A stretch of DNA of 64,000 nt from Pseudogymnoascus verrucosus (lineage: Eukaryota), in NCBI GenBank assembly GCA_001662655.1, contig KV460208.1; one strand, 5' to 3'. The translations under genes were made by a program, and so were the position numbers. Below the pieces are notes generated by a model. It saw only the letters and a list, made by a program, of their open reading frames with translations. It was not told where the DNA came from and did not search any database. Position 1 is the stretch's first letter. The number at the start of each line of letters is the position of its first letter. This document shows, piece by piece, positions 36,863-50,317 of this stretch.

Positions 36863-38960
36863 ATGGATCATGATACCCTTGGAAGCAAATGCTTCCAAAA
36901 AGGGGACCACCTTGGTGCTCTGGAACACTTCGACAAGGTAGGTCTATTTTAATTTAGTCATTATTTCGCGGCTCATGCTACTCTGACTTATGTCTGGGGT
37001 TTCTCTATTTTTTGTCCAATATCTTCACCTCCAATGTACGCTTTATGCAGCGTCATCCTACTGCAACTGTTGGTTGCGACGGAGCCTTTAGTCACGTAAT
37101 ATCGATTGATAACTGACGATCTTTGTATTATATAGGCTATCAAGTCGTCTTCACCAAAGTTAGTGCCTGCTATACTGAACAAGAGAAGCCTTGTATACAT
37201 CAAATTAGAAAAGTTCCAACACGCACTACGTGATGGCCGTGAAATCATCAAGCGTTTGCCAGATATGGCCATGGTAAACTTGAGGCTTACTCCCTATTTT
37301 CCCGAAGTATGCTAACTAGTAAGGGGTATTTGCGATGTGGTCAGGTTGTTCAACTTATGGGGCAGCGCGATAAAGCTTTAGAGATTCTCGAACGCGGGCT
37401 TCACAAGGTACCTGTAGGCAACGAAGATCGAAAGGTATGGACTCACTTGTTGTCTGTTGAAGTCTCTAAAGCTAACTGCTTAAGATCCTGTCTAAACACT
37501 ACGAAGCCTTGAGGAAACAATCACAGGCAGCTAATCGTCTTGACCCCCTGCCACGACTTCCCCAAGAGATTGTTCTACAGATATGGGGTTTTTTGGATTT
37601 GAAGTCTCGCGGGTAAGTTCATATAACACAATGCCTTGGTTCTGTGTGGCTTCTAATATGATATAGATGTTGTTTATCTGTGTCCAAGGGTTGGAAGAAA
37701 TCCATGGAATCTTACCCACCGCTATGGCAGGATTTGAAAATTTTCAACAATAAGATGTCAGAGACAGCACTTACGGCGTGGTTAAAACGCGCCGAGCACA
37801 GCGGCTATAACTTGCGTAGTGCGATAATAACTTCGCATGATTATAGGGACAAGTGCCGCAATTATATAAAGCGGATCCAGTGCCGCAACAAACTAGAGCG
37901 GCTTCAGTTGAATATCGTCTCCCAGGCTGCAAATATCCCGGCGATGCTTCCGGTCCCGTCGCACTATCTCAAAACGCTGGTTCTGTCGTCAGGAAGCTGG
38001 GTGGATATTTCTGATGTAAAGCGGATTATGGCCCATTACACCCACCTAGAACATGTTGAGTTTCATGCGGTATATGAACGTGATAGCCCATGCTCCTGGC
38101 CAGAAATGCCAAATCTCCAATTTATTGTTCTTCAATCTTCAGTAGCCCACAAGAGCATGCGTTATGGGACAGCCGGAAGACTGGGTTTGGCATATGTAAG
38201 TTTATTTGCTCCCACATAGCGGCGCAAAATCTCACATGAACAGAATGACTTGGTCATGGCATCACCGAATATGAAGTCAGCTTCAATTAAAGGCTGGGCA
38301 TACGAGGCAACTCCCTACGTGACCGATATGTCCAGCTGGACAAAACTAACGCACCTAGATATTTTGGGGACGCGATTTGATTCAATGCCTGTGCTCCCAA
38401 GCTCATTAACCCATCTAGAAGCAGCGGATGTCGGCATCATTTCACACCGGTTTGACACCGATGAAAAGTTCGTCTTCCCGTTCTCGAAGCTAGAGTACCT
38501 CAGCGTTGAAGGCGGGGACCTTTTTGCCATAGTCAATGATATGGCTAACCCTGGATTGACCTCTGGCTCCCTCAAGACACTAAAAGTAGGCCACATCGGT
38601 CCCACACATACCGACACCCACAATGACTGGATCAAAATGTTACCTGCACCTTCTGCGGCGCTGGAAACCCTCTCGCTCTGCGAGCGTATCGGACTCCCGG
38701 AAAAAACTATCATCGCGGTTCTGCGCCAGTTTCCGAACCTGAAAGAAGTTGATTTATCCCGCACCGAGGCCACTGGATCTACTCTACGCGAGCTCTTTGA
38801 GCGCGAGAATAAGCCAAAGCTTGTCAACATGAAGAACTGCACGAACTGCTACCACGATGCAGTCGAGGCGGCACGGAGAGTTGGCATCGAAGTATGGCAC
38901 GAGCTTGCGCCGAAGAACAATAAGACGGATAGCAAGTTCCGCGACCAATACTACAACTAA
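36863..38960 (+). CDS. TPR + F-box + LRR-like protein (Pof3/Dia2-like architecture); ~5 introns
   Basis: TPR-like exons (GALEHFDK-AIK, GYLRCGQVVQLMG), F-box DPLPRLPQEIVLQIWGFL...CLSVSKGWK, LxxLxL repeats. Confidence 0.8.
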
Positions 38961-39956
38961 CCAACGGCAATCTATGTCTGGGGGATGGAGGACTGGTGAA
39001 ACAGGGAAGGTTCCTAATGGGGTGGCTCTGAATTAGTTTGATATTGTGCTTTCGGGGCGTTTTGCTTTGGGGATCACTACAATCACGGACGTGCGATGAT
39101 GCCCGGTTTTTCTGATTGGGGATCAGGCGAGAATGGAACGGGGAAAGGGGAAAGGGGCGTTTTCTATGAGCGTATATCCATGAATTATTTAGCGGGTATT
39201 GGATTGGGTTTTCCGGGGCATTTGTTGTTCATGTGCCAGGAAGTGGCGTAGCAAGAGCAAAGGAAATAATAGCGGCTGTTCTTCAATCAATGAAGCCTTG
39301 TGAACTTGATGGTGTCGGTGAAAACCAACTATTCGGCTTCATTTTGTGTTGATCTGATGTGCATTCATTGGGGGCGGTTAACCTTTACATAACCTAATCA
39401 ATTCCCAGATACATACTACAACACAAACAGTCACAATTATCAAGCAAAGACAATAAGTAGTATCTCTTAACAAAGCGAGTGTATATCAACATTCATCGTT
39501 CTATAAACAAACTCTCCCAAACCCCCTCGACTTCTCTGTGCACCCACCCCCAAATAAATATACAAAATAATGCTCCCTCCCATATCCTCTAAAAAAGTGT
39601 GTATACCACCCACCCGTCTCAAACGAGTGTAACCCAACCTCAAACCACCAAAAAAAAAGGCAGGCAGATCCAAGGCCGGAAAAATAAGTACGGTGGGGGG
39701 AGAGAGACATCCAAAATAACAAAATCCCGATCCTCCAAATATAAATAGCCTATGCTGTATAAACGATGAATACCCAAAAGGGGTCACTGGTGCGCAAAAC
39801 GCATCCCAGAAAGAAGTGAAGTGAAGTGAAGAAGGGTGAGGCCCAAGGAGGCGTCCCTTATAGCGGTGGAAGTGTAAACAGAGAAGTCGAAGGTATAAAT
39901 ACATCTCTCACACCTAAAAGTGGAAGATGATGAGAGGAGATAAGACGAGGGGTGTC

Positions 39957-41733
39957 TTAGTTGCTGTGGCCAGCGTGGGCACGGCGGTGAGCACCGGTGG
40001 GGCGCGCGAAGCCGCCGGATGGCCTCTGGTGGGGGTGCTTGGGACCGTGGCTGTGGCTGTTGTGCTTGGTGCCGTTGGTGTAGATACCAGTGGAGCTAGG
40101 CAGCAAGATCGGGACAACGGTTGAGGCCGCTGGCTTCTCCTCTACTGGCGCGGCAGAGGCGACGGGCACGGATCCCTTGGGAGAATCGACCTTGACTGGC
40201 GCGGCAGAGGCGACGGGCACAGATCCCTTGGGGGAATCGACCTTGACAGAGTCATCGACAACCGCAGCGTTGGTGGCAGGCGCCTGGCCCATTTGAGTGA
40301 CGGTCACGGTGACCTCAGCGACGGTGACGGTGACGACGCCGCCGCATTGGTTCTTCTCGACGGTGTCGACTACTGCGGTTGGCTTTGCCTCGGCCACGGG
40401 GTAAACGGTCATGGTCTGGACAACGTCTGGTGACTCCACATTGTTCTGGTTGGCAGCAGGAACCTCGTTGGAGACTGGTGCATTGTTAGAGACTGGTGCA
40501 TTGCTGGAGACTGGTGCCTGGTTGGCGACTGGTGCCGCGGAGCTCTGGCCGGTCGAAGCGGAAGAAGCGGTGGGGGCCTTAGATGCGGAAGCTGAAGCAA
40601 CCGGAGAGGCGATGGAACTGGCCTTGTCGGTGCTGCCGGAGTCGACGACGGCAGGATTCGCGGCGCAGTCCTTAGAAGCGACGGCATTCGCGCCCACTCC
40701 GGAAGGAGCGTTGCAGCCTGGGAGAGCAGCGAGAGTGCCTTGAATCTTCTCACTGATGGTGGGTTGGATCTTGCAAGTATCGACCTTCGCGTCATCGAAG
40801 AACTGGAAGACTGGGCAGTCCTCAACGACACCACTCAAGTTGGTGCACTCGGTGACAGCCCTTTGGAGAGTTGGTACATCCCAGCCGTTAACGAAGTCTC
40901 CGTGGTATCCGTAACCAGTCTCATCGCCGTTGGAGAAGACAAAGGGGTGCTTGCCGTTGACAAACTTGTCGGCGAACTTAGGGGTATCCCAGACAACCTC
41001 GTAGAAGAGGGAGATGAAGCGCTTGGGGTGAGAGTCGGGGCAAACGCCGTTATCGACGCGATCAGGGTAGGCCATGTGAGACTTGTGGTCGGGCGAATCG
41101 AGGTTCTTGCCATCCCAGCAAGATGGGAAGAAGACTTGGGCACGGAGACCGTTGGGGCAGTTGATGTTGGGGATCTCATTGGTCTCCTTGGTGTCGGTTC
41201 CAAGGCAGGCAAAGCTGATGGCACGTTGCTCCAGGGTGTTGGTGAAGGAACGGAGCATAGGATTTCCCGCAAGCATACGGAAACCCTCTGGGAAGGCGAG
41301 CAGGCCTTGGTCGTACTCTGGGTCCTTGGGATCGGCACGTTGGCTATAAATTGGTAATTAGTATATGTAGAATACGAACTGAGGGGTTGTTGACTTACAG
41401 ATAGTAGATCAGAGCTCCGCCGACCTGATTGACACTGGTGAAAGAGCCGTCTGGTCCCTTGTAGTAAAGGTTGGGAACCCAGTAGTTGGAGAAATCCTTG
41501 GTAACTGTGCAAGACGAGCAAGTTGAGGCTTGGGTGTCGGCATAGGTCATGTCGTTGCTGAACCCATTACCTCCCATGATGGTGTGGGCGTGAGCGGAGA
41601 TACCGCCTGGGTTGACAATCGGATCGGTACGCTCGTACAGGAGCGGTGCTCTGCAGGGGAGACGCCAGAAAGCATCAGCAGGAGCAATAGCGAGAAGAGC
41701 TGCCACAAGGGCACTGGTGGTGGTTGAGCGCAT
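39957..41733 (-). CDS. Secreted DUF1996 protein with S/A/T/P-rich tail; intron ~41345-41398
   Basis: Signal peptide, RTDPIVNPG..HAHTIMGG, DFSNYWVPNLY, FPSCWDG, HGDFVNGWD motifs. Confidence 0.9.
40144..40245 (-). repeat. Intragenic 51-bp tandem duplication (KVDSPKGSVPVASAAPV x2); 18-bp repeats also at ~40470-40536
   Basis: Two near-identical 51-bp units read directly. Confidence 0.85.
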
Positions 41734-44728
41734 CTTGAAAGAGTGCGGTTTGTAGATGGTAGTAGTATTGGCCAGCTAAAGAGAGTTGTATGTTCAGATT
41801 TGTATAGATGTTCGCAAAGGACAGTGGTATCGAGAGATCAACCAGTCAACTGGGATCGAATCAGGAGCAAAGTTGAATGTTTGTTGTTTCTGGAATATGC
41901 AATCGTCGAGATTGTGGGGTATTCAGTCAATGAATGTGAATGTATAGAACTTTTTATCAGTAGCCACAGGCTATGAATGATCGTATGAGCAACAAGGAGT
42001 GTAAAACAAAAAGAGGGAACGATATCAATCTCTGGCCAAAGGAGGTTGAGATGTAAGATGATGAAGAAAAGAAGGAAGCAAATGTGTGGGTGGGAGAGAT
42101 AGTATATATATCAGTCAGGTACAGTAGATTACCTGATAAGCAATAAGCCCAGGCGAAAGAGTGAATTTGAATGGGTTGGTGGGGTAAAGGAGAGGCCCAG
42201 CCAGCCAGACCAGGCCTCCCATGCACACACTGACCCGACCTGACTGCACACTACGAATACCCTGCATCTCACCCTCAGACGGTTCCACAACATCATGAAC
42301 ACTTTATCCTATTATCCATCCTATGGTAACTTATTTCCTGACTGGGCAGCCGCCAACAGAAACAAACTCTTCGGAACAGGGGAAGAGGGTGAAAAACAGG
42401 GGGGAAAACAGGGGTATCATGAGCATTCGGGATCCAGTGATTCACCTTTAATCAACACATGTCAATATCGGCCCCACTGACTGCTGTACAGATACTCGAT
42501 TACCTGACTCGTCTTCGTCTGAAAGGCGGTAGCATCCACGGCGAGACGCTGTGTTTCGTTTTGTTTGATACTGCATGTGGGTTTTGTTAATAAAGACTTT
42601 CTACGGGCTAGGTTCCAGCCCTCGATTCCGACTCCGATTCCGTGGGTGACCTAACTGAGGCCTAAGTTACGGAGAAGATACCCATACGGCGGTAGTGTAC
42701 CACAAAGTGTTAAATGTCAACCAGACTTCAAGTGCTTCTACGTTTTGGAAGCCCAGAACTGGAAATTTGGGTCAAGAAATGTGGACTTTGCTTTGTGTGC
42801 AATTGCCGTTGGATACAAGGTTGACCAAGTGGGATCGTCTCGGCCTTGGTTCCTGGCCCTAGCAGGCCTTCAAAGAACAAAAAAGGACGTGGGACCGGTT
42901 CAAAAAGGCCGAGATGTTTAGTCGAAACATCGATTATGGGTCCCGTTGGAAGGTTGAAAGCTTATTCCTCGCACATAGTATTCCGTGCTCGCTGATTTGT
43001 CTGTGTAGGATTGAGCCATGGTCGAGCGCTTTAATTTCCACTATCCTGGCCCCTGAGGCCCGCTGTTGAGCCCCGCGACTGGTCGTTGCTTTAGCATTGA
43101 AACAAGCCCACAGAAAGCACAGACGGTAACCCTTTCGTGGGGTTTCAGGATCTGCAAGGCCCCATCAACATCGCGCCTGCCAGGATGCTCGGTCTCGACG
43201 GCTGATCAGGAGTTCTGGATCAATTATCAGACGGTACCAGTGAGCGCCAGTGACCCCCAACGAACCCAATAAGTGGGCGTCTACAGAGAAAACAAAGCGG
43301 CTCCGTCTCAACTTGGTCCGGAAGTGCTGGAGTCTATGGACAAGGTCTTGCCCTAGCCGCACCTATCGGCAAACAACCACGACCAACTCGCCGCTGTACC
43401 GCCAGGTACCCGACCAGAGCAAAAGCCCTTCTCTCTCTCTGCTTACATGGCCAGTCAGCATTCGGTGATGAGACTCTTGGCCCTTAGCTGCAAAGTCACG
43501 AGTACTGAGAAATCCCGCTCCCCCAAAGAAAGTGCAGCATCTGTAGGCAGTCGCCCAGCAACCACTGGCAGGTATAGACGTAAATTGGCACCCAACATTG
43601 GGGGGCATAGCGAGATATGTGATCAATCGTCACTATGCACAGTACGAGGCATCACTTGATCCAACAGATTGCGTCTCTTCTTCGGAGCCATACCCTTGCC
43701 TCGATTCAGTCGCTTACCATCCTCGCGATGCGCCGTGGTTCCTTGCAGCGTCGCGGAGTGCGGGATAATCATCCCAGCCACTCAGATAGTGAAATGCAGG
43801 GGCTCAATATTGCGCGGAAGCGCGGACTGAGGCGTGTCGCTTTGTGACTTTACGCCCGGACTCACTGGCCAACAGCGCTCCACGGCACACAACCACCAAA
43901 AAGCCACTGGGAACTTGTTTGACATGTCGCAAAATTCACAGTTCTGATGTGTGAAGTCTCCGCGGTGACCATAGAACTCATTGGGTATGATGCAGACGGC
44001 GAGATTCGGGTTCCAATGTTTCACTCCCCGAGTGTGACTTAGGCCTCGACTGGGCGGAAGCACATGTATCCCCAAGCCCCCCACGAGAGAACTCTCGAGA
44101 ACAATTATCAATGCTTCGAGCCGCGCGAGTATTGCAGCAAACTGCTTATCTCTGGTCGTCGATCATAGCCTGTTAACAGAACGGCGGCCATTGGAACTCA
44201 GACAATACAACAATTTGACAGGGGACGTGCTATGCGGACATCAAAGCTAAAGCACGCGGCGGTGTGAACAGAATAGCAAACAGCATTCATGCATTGCTTT
44301 CAAAGGGCTGTACAAGATCGACGTGTTCATGGCGACCTCACCGATGTACACTTACTACGTGAGCACCAAAGCCGTGAACCGCGTAACATCATAACCACCT
44401 AAACATATTTCAAGATAACCACGCAAAGACAAAATATGATGGCAGATGAGATGATTGTTTGTTCTACTCCAAGATCTGGAAAATGTAACAAAACTGTTGC
44501 CAAGTGTATATGGCAAGGCTGGGCTTCTCAAAACAGCAGGAAGGAGCCATCATCGTTCCATGAACACGTGATCACGATGGTATTTGTCCCAACGCCGATG
44601 ACATTTCCATACATGTTAACGTTAGAGGACTCACATATCTCTTTGATAGCTTCATGATATCTATGAAAATGGCGATCTCATACAATTAGTCTGTCAGGTA
44701 TTCAGTCTACTTTTCTCAAGTCCAACAC

Positions 44729-45009
44729 AACAATAGCAAGGCTGTGTCCGAGTTGGACCATCTCAGCTGTCTTGTCATCCTCACTTCCCATCAGCCCTTA
44801 GCAAATATATAACCTGTCAATCAGCCCAAGTCAAATTCCATTCATGTCTCGTCCTTAAACTGCAAAAGATCCGGCTCTTAGATCTTAGGTCTTGCTTTCC
44901 CTGCGTTTTCATTGCTTGACCCGATTTAGATATGCACAGGGGCGTGAGAACAATAGTAAGGATTAAGCGACCCGCCAGCATCGCCGGGATAGCTTCTTAC
45001 TATTGTTCT
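44729..45009. promoter_or_regulatory. Three AACAATAG(C/T)AAG motifs upstream of STE2, two forming a 14-bp inverted repeat
   Basis: 44729-44740; AGAACAATAGTAAG 44947-44960; CTTACTATTGTTCT 44996-45009. Confidence 0.55.
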
Positions 45010-45450
45010 GGAGATAGCGCCGGCAATGCGATCGATCCCTCGAGATCCATCTATTTTACATCATATATCAGTGCGGCCATGATATATATCCGGAGAAACA
45101 TGACTGGGACAGTGCTCCTGATATATGAAAATATATTGCCATGTTCCCGATCCTATTACTCCTCTTCATACCGTGTTGCGAGCCCCTGAGATGATTGTTT
45201 AAGGCTTCATATTATTCATCCCGGCCTCTTTGACTGCTGGACTGAATATCGAGGGAGACAGTGTCTTCGACACTGAAGGGATTGGATTTTGAAAGAGTAT
45301 TTCTATCTCTCAGCCGCCGTCGAATTTAACGTCTCTCTAATTTGATATCAATCTCCATCACGAAGTACCAAGGACCTCCATTCACACACACTCTCTTCAC
45401 ACCAGCGCCGTCGTACACGAAATTCGGTGCCCTCACCCTCATAATCCAGA

Positions 45451-46693
45451 ATGCCGTCCGCCAATGTACAGCTCCCCCCAGGCTTCGATGCCACTAAGCA
45501 GAACATCACAATATATACACCAGATGGCACCCCAGTGGTTACCACTATCCCGATGATCAACGAGTTCAATACCCAAAACAGCGAAATATGCGTTGTATAC
45601 GGGTGCCAGCTCGGCGCCTCGCTGATCATGTTCCTGGTTGTCATGCTCACAACGAGAGTGTCGAAGCGCAAATCTCCAATCTTCGTGCTGAACGCCCTTT
45701 CTCTAATAATCTCGTTCCTCCGCTCCCTACTTCAAATCTTATACTACATCGGCCCCTGGACAGAGATGTATCGCTATCTGGCCTACGACTATTCTACTGT
45801 TCCAGCATCCGCATACGCAAATAGCGTGGCCGCTGCCCTGCTCACCTTCTTCCTATTAATGACCATCGAGGCCTCACTCGTTCTCCAGACAAATGTGGTA
45901 TGCAAGACCATGAGCAGTCGCATCCGTTGGCCCGTCACCGCACTCTCAATAGTTGTATCTCTTCTTGCAGTCAGCTTCCGCTTCGCACTTACCATCCGCA
46001 ATGTGGAAGGGATTCTCGGTGCAATAGTGAAGTCCGACACGCTGATGCTCGGCCGGGCAAGCCTAATCACTGAGACGGGCTCACTCTGGTTCTTTTGTAC
46101 CATCTTCGTCATCAAGTTAGGTTGGACTTTATATCAAAGGAAGAAGATGGGGCTCAAACAGTGGGGTCCGATGCAGATCATCACAATCATGGCTGGATGC
46201 ACGATGATAGTTCCTTGTAAGTCTCATCCCCCTTACCAAAAAGAACCCAACTAACCTCCACCAAGCCCTCTTCGCAATCCTCGACTACTTCCCCGAACAA
46301 ACCTTCTACGAAGCAGGCACCGTAGCAATCTGCCTCGTCGCCGTCCTCCTCCCCCTTTCCTCCGTCTGGGCCTCCGCCGCCATCGACGGCGACGAGCCCG
46401 TGCACCCCCCGGGCAGCACCCCCAAATTCAGCAGCTTCAACATGGGCTCTGACTGCAAGTCCTCGTCAGCTCGGCTAGCCCAATCGATCCGCAAGGCCAG
46501 CGTGCCGGTGGAGCACCTTAGTCGCACGAGCGAGGAGGATCTAGGCGCCGACGGGACACTTAATAGAGCTGGATCGTACGGGACAGACCGCATGAGTGGG
46601 TCGGTTAGCCCCAGGGGTGTGAGGATCGAAAGGACATATGAGGTTCATACTGCTGGGAGGGGAGGTCCGACTGAGCGAGACGACATATTCTGA
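45451..46693 (+). CDS. STE2: Alpha-factor-type pheromone receptor (Ste2/PreB/Pre-2); intron 46217-46265
   Basis: FDATKQNITI, YGCQLGA, PIFVLNALSL, KLG...RKKMGLKQWGPMQII..M...TMIVP, LPLSSVWA; 7 TM helices. Confidence 0.93.
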
Positions 46694-48009
46694 TAATGCC
46701 TTATGAAATGGGAAGGAGGAGCACAGAGAGAGGGGCTACCTGGAGTTTACTTGAGCGTCGGTGTTCTCGTGCGCTATGTTTATGTTTTCTTTTTGGTTGA
46801 TGGAGTCAAAGCATCAATAGTTGAAGATACCATGTTTCTCTTTTTTCTTACGGTTTTGTTAGTGCTTGCGCCTCAGCGAGCGCGTCTCTATACAATGATA
46901 TCATAAAATTACAGCTTAAATATAAATATAAATATAATTTATCTAAATCTTTAACAACTGCGATTTTCTTTCGCCACTCCTTTATAATATATCATGATCA
47001 TATATCCACCCTGTCTTCGACGATGTAGCAAATGACGCTCATTAGCAATATATGTTGCTATATTAAAGTTGATTGTTGCTGGGATGTGTCGTCGTCCCAC
47101 TTAGACCCAGCAGCCGAGGCTATGATATCACATTGTCGATGTCAGTTTCTTACAACACCAAACATCCATAACTCGAGTAAAATACGAATACGAATAAAAT
47201 CCCATTACACTCCTCCAAATATAGCTTAGCCCTACCCCTCCATACCGCTGCCAGTTGCCTTGGGACCCCACTTGTAAGCGCTCGATAGCATCATTGCCAC
47301 CTTAAGTGGGCGGATATAGGCACAGTTGACACACTGTCGCTGGACAGATGCAGCGGAGAATCTTCCGCGCCATCTAAGGCCCGGTAGTTTTGCTGGGCAT
47401 TCATGTGACAGCAGAATAATGGCGATGTTTACTGCTATGACAATTGTGCCGGGTATTGTGGGAGGAGGGGTTGATGCTGTGCGACGGAGCTTGTATAAGA
47501 ACGGCGTGTTTGATCGTGTTGCTGGCGACACCGATACTGGATGGCGCGAAAGAATTCAGCAGATAATATATATCTGTTTCCTTCGAAGTATAGTTTTCAG
47601 CAATATCTAAGCACCAACTTACAACCACGAACTCTTGCATTGGAGAGCTTCCGAACACCACGAAACCAACCACGATGCCGACGCTCAACTTCGTCATAAC
47701 CATCCGCGGGGTCCCGTTCACCATAACATTTGGGGATGTGCTCACCTTCTGCAAAGTCCATGTCGCCTTCACTGCGGCGCGAGCATTTGTCCGCCAGCTT
47801 TCCGAAAGGCGATATAACGAGAGCCTTTGGGTCATCATGGAAATCATGCTTCTCGTCGACCAGGGAGCCTTGTGGCCGTTGATTATGTGGATGAGTCTGG
47901 GCTACCTTTATGATTTCGTCTTAGCATGATACCAATTCTGTACTGATGGATTGTTTTGTCATACACTGGCCGGTTGATCAGCGAGGGACATGTCTTGAGT
48001 TACACTCAC

Positions 48010-48596
48010 ATGCAACGCAGTGTCACCCCTACGGAAGTTCTCATATTCCGCGTCGTGAATACCGCGGGCGGGACAACTGCTAGGAGAGAACATATCGATC
48101 GCCCCTGCTCCTTTTGGGCAGGCAGGAGCGACGGGATCGCTCCTTCCTCTGCTGGTTATAACCTCAACGACTTGCACGTGGCAGTGATGTTACGTGTGTG
48201 TGGCATCGTGCCTTCCGTGTTTGGAAACTCAGCATACTAATCTAATCACCAATGCCGCAGAATGTCAACACAACCTCAAGCTTCCCCATTTACCAAGCCT
48301 GGCTCTCCGCTACTATTTGGACTACTGCGACAGACTTGCTCTCCAAAGCCTTTGATACGATTTCGACGATTCAAGTGATGTTCGAGGTTCTGGTTCCTTA
48401 TATCCTGATATACATTCTTCTCATACCCCACGACGCTTTATATCGCGGACTGGTTCCACCTATTTTCATCCTCTTGCTTGGAATCTCTACAGCGGGCATT
48501 GCTGTTATCGGCTCTGAATATTTCAGGGTTCAAGCTTTTGAGTCCCTCTGCATCACTCTCTGGGTCATAAGACTGGCAATGCATGAACTTATATGA
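48010..48596 (+). CDS. Possible orphan small membrane protein; intron 48196-48260
   Basis: GTGTGT donor, CTAAT branch and CAG acceptor join ORF 47956-48240 in phase 0 to the hydrophobic ORF 48252-48596; no family recognised. Confidence 0.4.
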
Positions 48597-50317
48597 CAAG
48601 AGGATCAGGATCCGATTCTCACCGCGAATCTATGACTGTGTTGCTGGAATCGATACATCCCTGCACTATATGGGCTTGGATACCAGCAAAAGGGGTGTCT
48701 CCGATGAATAGCTGTGGGCTGGACCCCTTTGTTGAAAGTCACGATAACACGGGTTCGAAATGCCAGGCTTCTCCCATTGTACGAGGCAAGAAGGAGGATC
48801 GAAAGTGGCAAGGAAGGGTTGGTGTCTCTCAAACCTTACTGTTTGAAGTGAATGGAGATACCAATGCTCGTATAGAAACAGGCCTCAAGGTGAAGGCAGG
48901 GCGTCCTGGTGACCGGAAAGAAAGCCTAGTGCAAATGCGCATTCGCCTTCTGGAACAGTCTCAAAAAACCCGACAAAACCACAAGCATACTATTCCAAAG
49001 GGGAGGGAATTCATCAGATCGGGAGACTATAATAGCGCTTCGAGCACTGTCACGGGGAGCAAGGCTGACATGCAGAGACGCGGTGGTAAAGAGACGGAGG
49101 GAGAAGAAATGGGTGAACCACACCCTCATCTTTCCTCCTGGGGTTCAAAAAGTCTGGGCCTTGCAAAACCTGCCAGTGATAGCAGTGTAATATCTGTCAC
49201 AAGCCCAAAAGTTAGCTTGGAGATGCATGTAGCACCTCGTTCGGCTAAGCTGAAACTTGAGACAGCTGCTGGATCTGAATCAGAAGCCCAACAGGAGTCG
49301 ACCAAATCTCTGGCATTCAAAATACCATTCTACCATAGAAAGGAGGCTTCCCGCAAGAGTATTGCGCCGATAATCCGAGAGCGTGTCGAAATGTTCGAAT
49401 CAACCAGAGAGGGCGCAGATGCTAATTTGACCGTTTCGGATGGGCCATCAGCGTTGTTTAGGGGCCAGATTAACGACAAGGGCAAGGCTAAACACGCATC
49501 TAACGGAGAAATATTTGGGGTTAAAGAGGTGGTGAGAGAGAAGCAAGTCAAGGTTGGACGGAAAAGCCCAGCCACGAACCAACTAAATAAAACCATGAGT
49601 GCATTTAGTAAGTGTTTGGCAGAAAGAAAAAGATCTCGCACAGGCTGCATGGTGGATGGAAAATATGTGTCTGCCTTTGCCTATAGGGGAATGACAAAAG
49701 AAACGTCAGCCTCTAATTCCTGGACCACCGCTACGGAATCGAGAGAGTCGGAGCCATCAAGTCCAAATGATAAGTCAATAATGCAGACATCATCGAGGCC
49801 AGAAACTCAAGCAAACGGCATAGCCTCTCGTCAACAACCCCCTTCAAAGCAGCAATCAAATCCATCACGGCTGCCGATACCGTCATCATCATATTCCGGG
49901 TCAAGGCCGAGTACGCTTTTCGACTGGAGTTATGGCAGCTATGAAGCGTCTCCTCTGCCTCTCGCGATTGGATCAATCTCATCATCTTCGGAGGATAGCA
50001 TGACACAGCGTCGTGCTCCGACAGAACCCCTACCAGAGGCTAAGAACCTCCGAATCTCGGAGATTATTGCCATGGCGAATGGGCCCGAACAGTTTGCCGC
50101 TCATCGGAGGATTTTGCAAGAACATCCAGCGAGGCACAACGTGGGGAGGGCAGGGATAGGAGCATGGGTGGATACTGAGAGTAGTAACGACGAGGATGGG
50201 ACGCTGATTATAAAAAGTGTGGCAAAGTTAAGAGAGCCGAAGCCACTGAGGATAACGGAGGTGAGTAGCTTGGCGAAGATTTGCCGTCTCGGGAGGAGTA
50301 GGGGGGATTTGGAGTGA
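48593..50317 (+). CDS. Orphan S/K/E-rich, probably disordered protein (574-aa ORF; true start uncertain)
   Basis: 1.7-kb stop-free ORF; no recognised domain. Confidence 0.6.
   Translation: MTRGSGSDSHRESMTVLLESIHPCTIWAWIPAKGVSPMNSCGLDPFVESHDNTGSKCQASPIVRGKKEDRKWQGRVGVSQTLLFEVNGDTNARIETGLKVKAGRPGDRKESLVQMRIRLLEQSQKTRQNHKHTIPKGREFIRSGDYNSASSTVTGSKADMQRRGGKETEGEEMGEPHPHLSSWGSKSLGLAKPASDSSVISVTSPKVSLEMHVAPRSAKLKLETAAGSESEAQQESTKSLAFKIPFYHRKEASRKSIAPIIRERVEMFESTREGADANLTVSDGPSALFRGQINDKGKAKHASNGEIFGVKEVVREKQVKVGRKSPATNQLNKTMSAFSKCLAERKRSRTGCMVDGKYVSAFAYRGMTKETSASNSWTTATESRESEPSSPNDKSIMQTSSRPETQANGIASRQQPPSKQQSNPSRLPIPSSSYSGSRPSTLFDWSYGSYEASPLPLAIGSISSSSEDSMTQRRAPTEPLPEAKNLRISEIIAMANGPEQFAAHRRILQEHPARHNVGRAGIGAWVDTESSNDEDGTLIIKSVAKLREPKPLRITEVSSLAKICRLGRSRGDLE

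Noticed and set aside
42900..42916. Minus-strand TCTCGGCCTTTT resembling the U2 snRNA 5' end
   Set aside because: Not followed by the GATCAAGTGTAGTA branch-pairing region
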